The translations under genes and the position numbers were made by a program. From assembly GCF_018977255.1 (NCBI RefSeq), contig NW_024704743.1:66900001-66964000 (forward strand): a DNA stretch of 64,000 nt, written 5' to 3'. Below are positions 52,601-64,000 of this stretch, piece after piece; within the stretch, counting starts at the first letter, position 1, and the number at the start of each line of letters is the position of its first letter. Under the pieces are notes generated by a model. That model had not been told where the DNA came from. It ran no database searches and saw only the letters and a program-made list of their open reading frames with translations. This DNA is from Callorhinchus milii. Its lineage: Eukaryota.

Positions 52601-54351
52601 CTGCAATCTCATTGAATTTTGAATTAAACAGGCAAGTGCATAACAAATGAAAGTGTAAAAGTCAGAGATTCCACATTAGCCATTCAAATATATGAGGAAG
52701 ATGTGTAGCAACTCTAATTTAAGGAAGAGGCTGTGGGATGAAAGTTGCAGAATCACAGAATGTTACACCCCATTAAATCTCATCGGGCCTATTAAATCTC
52801 TGTTGGTATTTTTCTTCACATGAGCCATCTAATCTAATCCCACTTTTCTGATCATTCCCCATAAATGTAATATTTCTCGTTTTTTCAAACATCAATCTAA
52901 TTTTGAATTTTAATCTAATTTTGAAAGAGCTTGTGTATTTTGCTTTGTGATACACATTCCAGTGACCCTCTCTATGAAGACTATATTTCTAACCTCCCAT
53001 TTAATTGTTTTGGGGGATTTAAGATGCATGAAGCTTTTACTCGTGACCCCTTTGTCTTCAAGTCTCTCTGCTACCTGCACAAATGCCTGACACTGGGCAG
53101 TCACTGAATAGTCACCCTGGAGAGTGGCCAAAAAATTTGTCTCTTTAATTTCCCTCTGTATACAAACTAGTATATTAAAGATGAGGAATACATAATGTGG
53201 CATATCCCAGGTGCAAGGCATATTCTACCAGCCAGTTGCACAGTATAGAGAAGGTCCAACCTGCTGGCCCACTACCCTACCCATTTTAGAGGGAACATTT
53301 CTATAAATAAGTAATATAAAAAGAAAAAGGTATTAAAACCTAACCATTTTATTTTATAATGTTCTAGCTAAATGAATTACTAGTACAAACACTAGGATTG
53401 TGAAACTAAGAATGGGGTCTTTCAGAACCATTCTGTCAATTCTATGTTTTATTATTTTGTGCATGACCTTAAACATAATAAAATTTGGCACTGGAATTGT
53501 GTGCAACTTCCTAGTTTTGTTACAGCATCGGAACAGAACTGTTACCAGTTACTCTGCACCTGAATTGCTGGCACTCACATTTTTAGGAAATGCAGCAGAA
53601 GGAGCCAGTAGATTTCCAGATTAGTATATTAATAGTCAAAGTAAAATCAGTGAAAGCAACATGTCATTTTTTGCGGTCTCACTGTGCTGAATTTTGAAAG
53701 CTTTCATTGAAGTTTGCTTGCAAGTCACAATTTTTGTTTGGTCAGCCGGGTGTCTGTCACATTCGGAAACCCATCACCATGCTTAAGAGTATCCAAACCA
53801 AACAGAGTTCAATGCATCCCACCTACACATGGAAATTCCAGATAGATTGTTGGAATGGAATGCGCACTCTATCCCTGGAGGGAGGCTTCCTGCTCACCTA
53901 ATTACTAAAAGTATTAGGCGCAGGTTGGCGAGAGCCAAGGCCTGGAGACCCAGAGTGTCCATTCGGTACTGCTTGGGGTGGCGGTAAGCGGGGTCTCTTT
54001 GGAGCTGAATTGGCTCCAATGTGACATGTTTGGCAAGTCACAGTAACGTAGAAGTTTTAGTTGCTCATAATGTGATGGAATTCCACAGTAGTCTAACTAC
54101 CCATATTTTTAACACTCTTGCTCTACCCCTCCCATCTCCAAGTCGCGCCTGAAAACCTTCCTATTCGACCATGCCTACGGCTACCTCCCCCAACTCGGAG
54201 TCGTGCTCCACCACTGTCAAGGGTGCTATTTAAATGCTAGCTGTTGTTGTACCCTGACCACCTAGAAAGGAGTGACCATTGGCAGGGCATAAATTCATAA
54301 CACTGCAGTATAAATGCAGGCAATGCAAAATAACTCAAGCTCCACTGACAT

Positions 54352-54465
54352 AAAAACAAAAGGCTGATGCCAGAAATCTGAGACCTAAAATGTTAACTCA
54401 CTTTCCTCTCTCCATAGATGCTGCCTGACTTGCTGAGTGTTCCCAGCGACTTCTGTTTTTATTCC
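54352..54465 (+). mobile_element. Penelope-like element terminal remnant
   Basis: gacctaaaatgttaactc..tctctccatagatgctgcctgacttgctgagtgttcccagc..cttctgtttttatt resembles the common shark Penelope end as I recall it. Confidence 0.65.
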
Positions 54466-55544
54466 ACTGATATATTCTCCCTGATAAGTTCATGGGTATT
54501 TTTCAATGTACTGCCCAAGAAGTTTGAAGGGACAGTTTTTAAATGGTATTAAAGATCCTATCAACTGATAGAAACATTGTTAAACATTTATATCAGCTTG
54601 TGCACTTAGTTGCATATACCCAGCATTCTCTTGAGTCCTCAGCAATATATTGAAGGCTCTAGCAGGAGCAGTGGTTGAGGCAGAATCTACACTAGCTTTC
54701 AACATGGAACTAGATTAATGTCTAAAAAGGAATAAACTACAGGGGTTTGGGTAAAGGACAGGTAAGTGGGGCTGAATGCCCTTTTTCTGTGCTGTAAATG
54801 TCTATGGTTTCTATGATGATAAGAGCAATTGAGAACAGTAAGAATAATTCAAACTTCCCACTATATATCATATGAACAAGGTATAAGTGTGCCACATAGT
54901 CAAATAACTCGATTTCATTCTTTTATCAGTCCTGAGGTTCCAGTTTTTTTTTGGTCAGCTGGGTCTGACACATGCAGAAACTCATCACCATGCTTAAGAG
55001 TATCCAAACCAAAAATGCCATGCATCCTATCTACACATGGAAATCCCAGAGCTAGATTGTTGGATTGTAATGCACACAGTAAAATGTCTATTAATTGGCG
55101 ACTGCACAATACAAAAATGATTATTAACTCAAAATTTCCGGGTACTCTATAAAAATAGCACAGCACTTCTAAATTCAATCAAGTTAGGAATCTGTGGTAT
55201 TTCCTATTTGCTTATTTTTAAAATCAGAGGAAATAGAAGAAATACATTCAACTTTTGCTAAATTAGAAGTAAACGAGAGAAAGATTTGGCTAAACAAACA
55301 GAAGTTGAAAAGCAACTCCATTCTCTACCTATGTATATTTTATTTATTTTATTTAACTGGATAATTCTAACTGTTGACTCTTGCAAACGTTTACCTTTTA
55401 TCTTTACCCTAAGTAACTTTTCTCCTGTTTTGCAGCTAACCTACTTACCAGGTCACCTACTTACTGTACAACACAGTGTTTCAATAATAAATCAGTTAAT
55501 TTTTTTAAATTGCCAAATAACCAAAATTAATATCCAAGCTAATG

Positions 55545-56412
55545 AAGGGACCAGATTGCGAAGCTGAACAAGATAGGTTACAGGAGGATTTGAACATACT
55601 TGGGAATTGGGCAGATCGGTGGCAGATGAAATTCAATGTGGAGAAATATAAAGCTCTTTATATTTATAAAGTAATATAAATATAAAGGACAAAAAATCCT
55701 GGACAGGACTATTATTTGAACGGAAGGAGAAATAATATGTATGGAAAATTAAAAGGATCTGGGGGTCCTGATCGATAATAAATTGAAGCTCTCCCAACAA
55801 TGCTCTGTGTCACCGATGGTATGGTATCAGAAGATCAATAGCAAGTCAAAATAGTGGAATAATCCTGCCACTGTATAAATATTGGTGAGACCATGCTTAG
55901 AGTACTGTGTGCAGTTCTGGTGGCCGCAATACGAAAAGGATATTGGAGAAATTGCGAAGATGAAAAGGAGGGCAACCAAAATGATTGAGGGAATGGAAGG
56001 ACTGGAGTATGAGGAGCAACTAAATAAATTGGGCATCTTCACGCTGGAAAAGAGAAGATTGAGAGGCGACATAATTGCTGACTTTAAGATTCTAAAGGGA
56101 CAAAGCAATACATATCATGACAGGCTGTTTCAACTTGTTCAGAATAGTAGAACCAGCGGACACGGCCTGCGATTGAAGGGGGGAAATTCAGAACGAATCT
56201 ACGCAAACATTATTTCAGTGAGCGAACAGTGAACCTATGGAACAGGCTCCCTAGGGAGACGGTTGAAGCAGGAAGTGTTGATTCTATCAAACACAGATTA
56301 GATAGTTTTGTTTCATGAAATAACATTATGGAATATAGTACATAGGTAGTTTTGAAAATGTGAACTAGATGGACCTCGGTCTTTTTTCGTCTAGCATTTT
56401 TTTATGTTCTTG
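55545..56412 (+). mobile_element. CR1 RT C-terminal fragment plus 3' UTR; a related tail lies at ~60755-60978
   Basis: W..W QMKFNVEK, EKDLGVL-like, LVRPCLEYCVQFW.P, LEKRRLRGD and RTSGHGLRL motifs. Confidence 0.92.
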
Positions 56413-57132
56413 TCTAATATCAATAACATATTTGACATCACAACAAATCTGTAAAGAAACTATGCTTTTTCACCCTAATTTTTCATACATTCTTCAGTTA
56501 CAATAATTATATAAAACCTGTAGCAACAGAAAAACTATTATTAATATTTTGCTGATAAGTCCTGAAACCAAATATCATACTGGATAGAACAATGTCTATA
56601 GAAGTACACTCCTGATATCGTAGGAGAAGTTCATATGTCCCACAAGCAGACATAAAATGAATGATCAATTTTATATGGTGGATTGTTGTACAACCCATGG
56701 GGAAAACTCTTTTTGAGTAGTGCCATGGGTTCTTTAACATTCATCTGAACTTGCAGATCCTTGATTTGATTCCTCATATGAAGGACGACACTTCCTACAA
56801 TGCAACATACCCTCAGCAATGCATTGGAAAGTCAGCCTAGACTTTATGAGTTCAAGTCCTGACATGGGGCAAGAACCCACAATCTTCTGACTCACGGGCA
56901 ACTGAGCCAGGCTGATTGTTGCTCATTTATATACACAGTATATATATATATATATATATATGTGTATTAGTTGTACAGTTCTTTGAAAATAAGAGACATG
57001 AGTAGTGATAGATACATAAAATAAGACACAAGCAGAAAATGTAACCACCAACAACAAAAGGTGGAGAAATCCAGCCCCAAATTTTTATACTGTCACAAAC
57101 CAATAGTTTCATTAACTATTGACTTTGACTGT

Positions 57133-57516
57133 AATAATAATAATCCTTGCATTTCATATAGCGCTTTTCACACTTTCTAGACATCTCAAAGTGCATCATA
57201 GAATATACTGTAAATTCAATTGACTGTATATTTGTGGGCGAAAGGCGGCAGCCAATTGACCACAGCAGTGTCCCACAAACAATGGTGGATTGAGTGGCCA
57301 AATTATTATTATTGCTTTTTTGTTTTGTCTTTGGAAGGATTATTACCCCCAGAAAAGTGATCCCCCAATCGACTAACAACCGGGTTCCCACTTACTGCTA
57401 GGTAAACAGAGGTGTGTGGAGTAAGGAAGCTTGCCCAACATTCTGCCCTGCTGGGAATCGAACCCAGGTCTCTCGCTTGAGAGGTGAGTGCTCTACCCAA
57501 TGAGATACAGGACTCC
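57133..57516 (-). mobile_element. tRNA-derived SINE, long form
   Basis: Same head and tail as 617-935, plus an extra central segment (CTCTGTTTACCTAGCAGTAAGTGGGAACCCGGTTGTTAGTCGATTGGGGGATCAC). Confidence 0.9.
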
Positions 57517-58479
57517 ACTTTGCCCAAGGATTGCATCTGTTATACTTTCACGCTCTTCTGATACAATTTTTTTTCAGAATTAATGCAAGCATAAACTAAC
57601 AAAATCTGATGTGCAGGCATCGACATGAAAATAACAATATTATAGATGGATAATAATGACAATTGCAACATTACTCTGGTGTTAGTAAAAGCAAATATTT
57701 CATACAATGCACAGCGATGTCTTAGCTGGACAAGCAGTTGGAATCTTGCCAGTGTTCATGAATGGCAAGCTGTGTGCTATTAGCTGGTTAGACTCCAGTA
57801 CCCCAACACACACTCTTGGGATCCCATGCCTTGACTCTTGCCAACCTGTGCCTAATATTTTCCAGGATTAGGTGAATAGGATGCTTCCCTCTGGGGAGAG
57901 AGTACTCATTCCATTTCAGACAAAAGAAAATATCCTTACCTCTCAGTATTTGTAGCTTGGATACCCTTTAAGCATGGTGATGGGTTTCCAAAGCTGACTC
58001 TAAAAAAAATTGCTACATCTTTGCCTAGAGAATGCAATGCAATTCATATTGTTCTATTGTTTATCACCTGAAATATATTAAGATTCTGTATTTTCTTTGG
58101 CAATTTTGTTTTAAAAACTAATAATAGGAAGCAATAAGAATGGAAATAAACTGTTTTCCAAACCCTAGTTCCACCTCAACAAATGGGCAGCAATCATGTG
58201 GTTTCAAATTATCAACAGGTTTTGTTAAATATCATCAGCACTTAAAAAATAATTTCTGTATTTAATATAGTGCCTTTCATGTCTCAAATCTCTCAAAATT
58301 CACTATGTAATTTTATATGAAACAAGCAGGCAATTTACTGGCAGCAATGTCCCCCAAATAGCCATTCAGTGAATGACCAATTTAATCTGGAGAACTTTTG
58401 CCATGACACCAGAGAAACCTCTTTCTTTATTCAAATAATGGTATAGGATCTTTAACATCCACTTGAACATCTGAAACTG

Positions 58480-59180
58480 AACTTGTTAACCTTCCTTGCC
58501 TATCCCTCAAACTCACCAAATCTATACACAACATTAGCATCAATCCCAGTAACCTTTTTTTACCTAACTCCAGTCCCTAACCAGTACTGCCTTCCTCCAC
58601 CTCTATCACCGCGCCTGCCTTTGACCTTATCTGATTTCAAACACAGCTGAAAGCCTAATTTTTGCTTTCATTACCTCCTGCCTCTAATTTTCTAAAGCAC
58701 TACTCGTCAGTCTCCCCTGCTCCACTCTGAATAAGGTCCAAATGATTCAAACCTCTGCCAATCAGGTCTTCATCTGTACCAGGCTCCGCACCCCATCACC
58801 TCAGTTCTTGCTAGACTCCACTGGCAGAACAGTTCAATTTCAAGATCCACACTCTCACTTTACGTCCTGGAACCTCTCTACCTCTCCAATCCTCTCACAC
58901 ACCACTCCTCTACCTGCCGCCTTCATTTAGCTAGCTTGGGTCTTCTGTGCATCTCCATCCCCTCCGCTCCACCACTGGCGGACGTGCTTTCAACCATTAT
59001 GACCCAAATCTCTGGAACTCCCTGCCTAAATCCTTGCCCCCTCTTTGCCTATTTTCAAATCACACTTGAAGACTTTCATCTTCAACCATATCTTTGGTCT
59101 AATAACTACACTGATGTTAAATGCTCCGAAATGCTATTCGCATGAAGGGTACTATATAAATGCAAGTTGTTGTTGTCGTT
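58480..59180 (+). mobile_element. Degenerate L2 3' fragment
   Basis: Remnants of AE.LI.AFITS, IQTSA, LHW and FKI motifs, with a (GTT)n tail. Confidence 0.75.
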
Positions 59181-60991
59181 GAACAGGCTTATGGATTGTT
59201 TTAGCATTTCATCCAAAGGAAGGCACCTCCTACAAAGCAGCCCATCCCTATCACTGTATTCCAGTGTCGCCTTAGACTGCGATTTCAAGATGGTCAATGA
59301 GTTGAACAGATTTACCAGGAAGTGACAGATGTAGAAATGCAATATAAACTGGAACAAAAAAAACTGTATACACGTACAGCGAAAGGGTGGCCTTGAGGAA
59401 AAAGTGGAGAAGGAAAAGGATTTGAGCGTGACAATTAATCACTGACTGAGGCCCCATCAATGCTGTCAACAAAGATTACATCTCAATGTTATTTGACTGT
59501 AAGGAAAATAAATTGGTCTAACCATGTACTCATCATTGATGAGGCTACAATTGAAATATTGTGTGTCGCTTTGGTTCTTCTACCTTCAGCTGGGCCTAGA
59601 ATATAATGTATACAAAATAAAATGACAGGAATAATTCACAGTCTTAGAGCTCTAAATTACAAAGGAGTCTCACAGGGCTGGACCAGCAAGGTTATAAAAC
59701 AGCCATGAAGTGAATGACCAATTATTCTGGAGGATTACAGTCCATCTGGGCTGTGTGAAGTACCTGGTTTAGTTTGGATCATGTAAGTATGCTTGTTATG
59801 ATGTTATATGGGCCACATGCTAGCTATAAAACATATCAAAACCACAAATAATGAATCCCTAAAAGTCAATTTTCGCTCTCTGTATTCTCAGTTCTGACAT
59901 TACGTAATAGCAATTGTTAAAGTGTTTTGCACTATGCTAAAATACCTCCTTTCTACAAACACAAATAACTGGACATATTTTCTTACATACAAGTCTGACA
60001 TATGTGATACACCTGACTCTAGATACAAACCACTGAAAGATACAACATTCAAAGTATTCGTGTAAATTTTCTTGATTGAAAATTAAATATGTTACGGAAA
60101 TATGTTATTGCATAATAGAAACTGGCATTGTAGTTACCTCTACAAATTCCTAAACTATTCCTGTTATATACTGGTTTGGCTAAAGAGCTTCTTTTAGTTT
60201 GTTCTTACTTGGCGCAGAACCATCATTCCAATCTTTATGACTTTAACAACAAATGAAAACACATTCTTATGGAGTTGTGCACGCAGGTCATATCACTGAA
60301 AGATTATCTTATTTCTGCTGTAACCTTTCCAATCGTATCCATTCAGAAGTGTTGACACCCAATTGAATTTAGATTAACAACTAGCTGTGACTCTACCGTT
60401 CTGTTAATATTAATAATCTTTACAGTTGATTTAGCACCTTTCACATCAGGGGGAATGCCTCAAAGTGCTTCATGGGATTTACTGTATAGTGAAGTGAGTG
60501 TATTTTTATGGGGTGAATGTGGCAGCCAATTTGTGCACAGCAATATGTCACAAACAACCATGAAGTGAATGAGCAATTTTATTTGGCAGATTGTTGGCCA
60601 CGAAACAGTAAAACTGCCTTCTCTTCTCAAATAACACCAAGGGATCTTCAATGTCCACCTTAACAGACAGATGGGACCTGTATTTAACATCTCATCTGAA
60701 GTACCGCAACTCCAACAATATGGAAACACTACTTCAGTGATCGAGCAATAAACATATGGAATAGACTCCCTCGGGAGATGTGGAAGCAAAAAGTGTCGAT
60801 TTTTTCAAGACCAAGTTAGATAGATTTCTATTTGGAAATAACATCTCGGGATACAGTGTATAATTTGGAACACGAACGTCATGCGTGGATGGTGGAAGGC
60901 GAACTGAATAGTTAAATAATTAATTGATTAATTAATTAAGACATTGGTCTTTCGCCTAGTAAATTCTTATCTTCTTATGGTGCACCCCCAG

Positions 60992-61265
60992 CAACAACAA
61001 CAACAACAACAACAACAAGATTCCATTTATAAAGCACCTTTCACGTCAGGAGGACGTCCCAAGGCGCTGCACAGTTGGGTCATGACCCGAGCAGGGGGAA
61101 ATGGTCAGGGTGAGGGGAGGGAAGGGAGGGAGCGAGGAGGGGGAAATGGTCAGGGTGAGGGGAGGGAAGGGAGGGAGCGAGGAGGGGGGAAATGGTCAGG
61201 GTGAGGGGAGGGAAGGGAGGGAGCGAGGAGGTGGAAGAGAGTCGAGAGGGGAGCTGAAGGCAGTG
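60992..61265 (-). mobile_element. Young L2 3' end (same family as 30882) with three tandem copies of a ~45-bp unit
   Basis: (CAA)n tail, then gggggaaatggtcagggtgaggggagggaagggagggagcgagga three times. Confidence 0.9.
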
Positions 61266-61394
61266 TCAGTCTAGACTGTGAGTTGAAAGTCCCAATGGTT
61301 GGTCTGAGCTGAGTGCTACCATGTGAGCCAGGCTGATACTCTCCTGGAAACAAACTGAAATATAGACTTTTATGAGATGACTCTATTGAGTTTA

Positions 61395-62623
61395 TCTATA
61401 CTAATCTTCTGTGTAAATAAAGATGTAATGTCTGTGTGTCCGTCCGCCAAGAACTCAATAACTGATTGACGTAGAGACATGATTCATACCTCACTGGAAA
61501 GGTCTTGTATTGGGGAGTGTCATGGGCATATTTTTTTGGGGGGGATCTCCTATCGTTGATGAGTTATGACCTAAACAAGCTCATCACACATGTATGGCAG
61601 TTACATGTAGATTGCAGTTACACCCGGTGGCCGCTCCAACTCCCAGTGGTGCTATGACATGCAGCACAGCACGCGCCCCCTCAGACGAAGCCAAGTGGTG
61701 GCGAACAAGATGGCGGTGATGAGATGGAAGTTGCCTCGAGCGGCGCTGACGGCAGCCGTTTGGTTGCCTTTCCCATTGTTCCTGGGTGGCCCCTCGGCTG
61801 GGCATTGCCATGTCGGAGTTGGGCCGGTGGTAGGTGACGGTTGGCTTGTAAGGCCATGGGGTTTCCGGGTTCTTCTGTGCCGCAGTCTAGCAGCGACTAG
61901 CGGGGGAGGGTGAAGGCCAGATGCTCACGTTGGGGCCTCACCCGGGGCTGGGGTTTAGCCTCTCCCCCTTTGCATATAATTTTATATGATAATCTATAGT
62001 AATAAAGACAAAATGTCTGTCTGTGTGTCTGTCCGCCAATAACTCAATAATTGGGGGTATCTCCTCGTGCTGATGAGCTATAATAATATAAAAACATTCC
62101 TTGCATTTGATATAGCGCTTTTCACGTCTTCAAGCCGTCTCAAAGCGCCTCACAGAATATACTGTAAAGTGAATTGACTGTATATTTGTGGGCAAAACGC
62201 AGCAGTGTCCCACAAACAGTCATGGATTGAGTGCCCGAATTATTATAATTTATTTGTTTTTTTCATGAGGGATTATTATTATCATTAATAATATTATTAT
62301 TATTAGCAGGCATTTGGAGTAAGGAAACTTGCCCAAGGTTTCACCCTGCTGAGAATCAAGATGACCTAAACAAGCTCATCGCACACTTATGGCAGTTTTG
62401 CTTAAGTTGTGCCCACAGGGTTTATGGCATATAAAATGGTTTGTGAGTGGTATCACTGAAAATGCCAGCTCTAAAAACGAGTATACAAAAAATACAATTG
62501 TTTTGCTTAAGATGTACACACAGTGTTTATGGCATGTTAACCGGTGTGTGAGTGGTGTCACTGAAATCTATATTCTATATGGGGTCCTTTGATTGCAACA
62601 GTAGCTGAAACGGGTACAGCTAT
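61395..62623 (+). mobile_element. Putative non-autonomous Helitron-like composite with two 5' ends (61395 and 61993) and a SINE inserted at ~62078-62360
   Basis: A|TCTATA(c/g)TAAT..AATAAAGA..AATGTCTGTGTGTC.GTCCGCCAA.AACTCAATAA occurs twice. The 3' end reads gaaacgggtacagCTAT|T, a degenerate hairpin plus CTRR-like terminus. No TSD is seen, and there is an internal ~105-bp repeat at 62395-62566. Confidence 0.6.
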
Positions 62624-62980
62624 TACTATACACTGTGCTTATACATAATGCCTCTCCCTTTATTTACTCTGAAATTTGTCCTAATTCCTCAGGATTGATG
62701 GGTTAAACTATCAACACAAATGCTGAAACAAGAAACTAAAAAGGGTTTAAAAAACAACTGCACAAGTTCATGTCAAATAATAATAATTCTTTCATTTCAT
62801 GTAGCAATTGTTCATGTTGTTGAGACATTTCAAAGTGCTTTGCAGTATTTTACCTCAAAGTGTAGTGACTGTGATTTTTGTAGGCGAACAAAAGCTTGTA
62901 GGTATACAGAATAGCTAATCTGATCTAATGTGATGACTTGAACTGTAGTAAAGAAGGTCTTCACAAATACATACACTCAC

Positions 62981-63155
62981 CTGACAATGTGTGTGAAGTT
63001 ACACCAATACTTGGGATGGATCTGGTTAATCTGTTCTTCAAAGGACTTTCCACAAATTTGCATAACTTCTAATATAGCAGTCTCATTGCAGAGCTTGTTT
63101 TTATTCACTGCCTGGCTTGATTGTGACTCATTATATAGATTGGTATGTTCTTTGG
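62981..63155 (-). CDS. RAMP3: RAMP3 coding exon 2 (N-terminal ectodomain), 175 bp, phase 1 to phase 2
   Basis: On the minus strand the acceptor is ttttatttctgttcaattttctag|CC and the donor is GTC AG|gtgagt. It encodes KEHTNLYNESQSSQAVNKNKLCNETAILEVMQICGKSFEEQINQIHPKYWCNFTHIV, matching the human RAMP3 pattern CNET-x8-CGK-x-F...KWCN. Intron phases match the vertebrate RAMP gene structure. Confidence 0.95.
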
Positions 63156-64000
63156 CTAGAAAATTGAACAGAAATAAAATAATGTGAACACATAAGTATT
63201 TTGAATGTCTGTTTTTTCCCAAAAAATCAAAGTGACAGTACAATAGTTCCTTTTGTTGATGCCAAGGTCTTACTATAAATTAGAAACTGTTTTTGTTGCA
63301 ATATCCAACATTTAAAATTGTTGCATGCAAATGCAATCTTCAGGAAAAATCATGGTGTAGGTCACTTCCAAATTAATAATAATAATCCTTGTGTTTGATA
63401 TAGCACCCTATCACATCGTCGAGGCATCTCAAAGGCTATACTAAATGCAAGGAATATGATTATTATAAGGTGGATTGATTATGTATTTTGAGGGCGAATT
63501 AAATTAAACTTAGTTAAACACGCAACTTGTTTTTTTTTCAATTTTTTTTATTGTCCAAGTTTGCTCCCCTCTCGCTCTCCATTTTCTTTCTCTTATAGTA
63601 TATTTCCATGGGTGGTCTGGGCTACCTCACTCAAGTGGCTGTTTTTCATGTATGTCCCTAAACAGTGAATACAGTATGAGACAGCTCCGAACAGGTGAAA
63701 AGTAATAATGATTTACTTCCCATTTCAAAGCATTCACCTAGATCATTACAATGCATACAAGTCTTTCGGAACAACCAGTTGAAGAGACATGGATTTTAAT
63801 TAAACCTGGGGCAGATTGTGTTTAACGATAAATGCATGAAAGTCTTTGAAAACGTTGCTATCTATCCCCACCGTTTACCTCACACATAGAAAACAACATC
63901 TTCACCTCAGCAATAAGCAGCTGATTGAAGCTAGATCCAGCGCTTTCATGCCACTCAAATTTTCTGCTTTCTAATTTTGAGGTTTTTTAAATTAAAATTT

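Larger units (their letters stand above)
39940..62980 (-). other. RAMP3: RAMP3 intron 2 (GT-AG, phase 2, 23,041 bp), TE-rich
   Basis: Lies between the donor at 62980 and the acceptor at 39940. The spliced reading frame is continuous and preserves the C57-C72 spacing. Confidence 0.92.

Noticed and set aside
61094..61232. CRISPR-like or functional tandem array
   Set aside because: Three head-to-tail copies with no spacers inside an L2 3' UTR; a slippage duplication in a eukaryotic genome.
61659..61913. 84-aa GC-rich ORF as a nested gene
   Set aside because: Open frames are expected in GC-rich DNA, and it has no recognisable domain or supporting exons. Treated as part of the captured fragment.
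63900..63949. Minus-strand ATG ORF MKALDLASISCLLLR as RAMP3 exon 1 (signal peptide)
   Set aside because: The only nearby donor (AG|GTGAAG) is weak and phase 2, whereas exon 2 needs phase 1, and the hydrophobic core is short. Exon 1 is probably outside the window.

Overview
Repeat-rich vertebrate genomic DNA. The repeat complement (tRNA-headed SINEs with Deu-like bodies and (ATT)n tails, L2 LINEs with (GTT)n tails, shark-type CR1 3' ends, Penelope remnants) suggests a cartilaginous fish, probably a chimaera or elephant shark; this is inferred, not proven. I can support one host gene: RAMP3 (receptor activity-modifying protein 3) on the minus strand. Coding exon 2 (63155-62981) splices in phase across a 23,041-bp intron to the last coding exon (39939-39684); exon 1 appears to lie beyond the right edge. 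Nearly all other ORFs in the track are LINE fragments or spurious. I see no convincing new multi-gene system. The most unusual structure is a long L2 carrying an antisense insertion of its own 3' end, which makes a hairpin with ~630-bp arms and a ~48-bp loop inside a four-layer nested TE stack. Also notable are a double-headed Helitron-like element carrying a CpG-rich YY1/ETS fragment near RAMP3 exon 2, several inverted or direct duplications of unique sequence, and lineage-specific features of the RAMP3 protein. Repeat boundaries are approximate (read by eye); exon boundaries were counted base by base.
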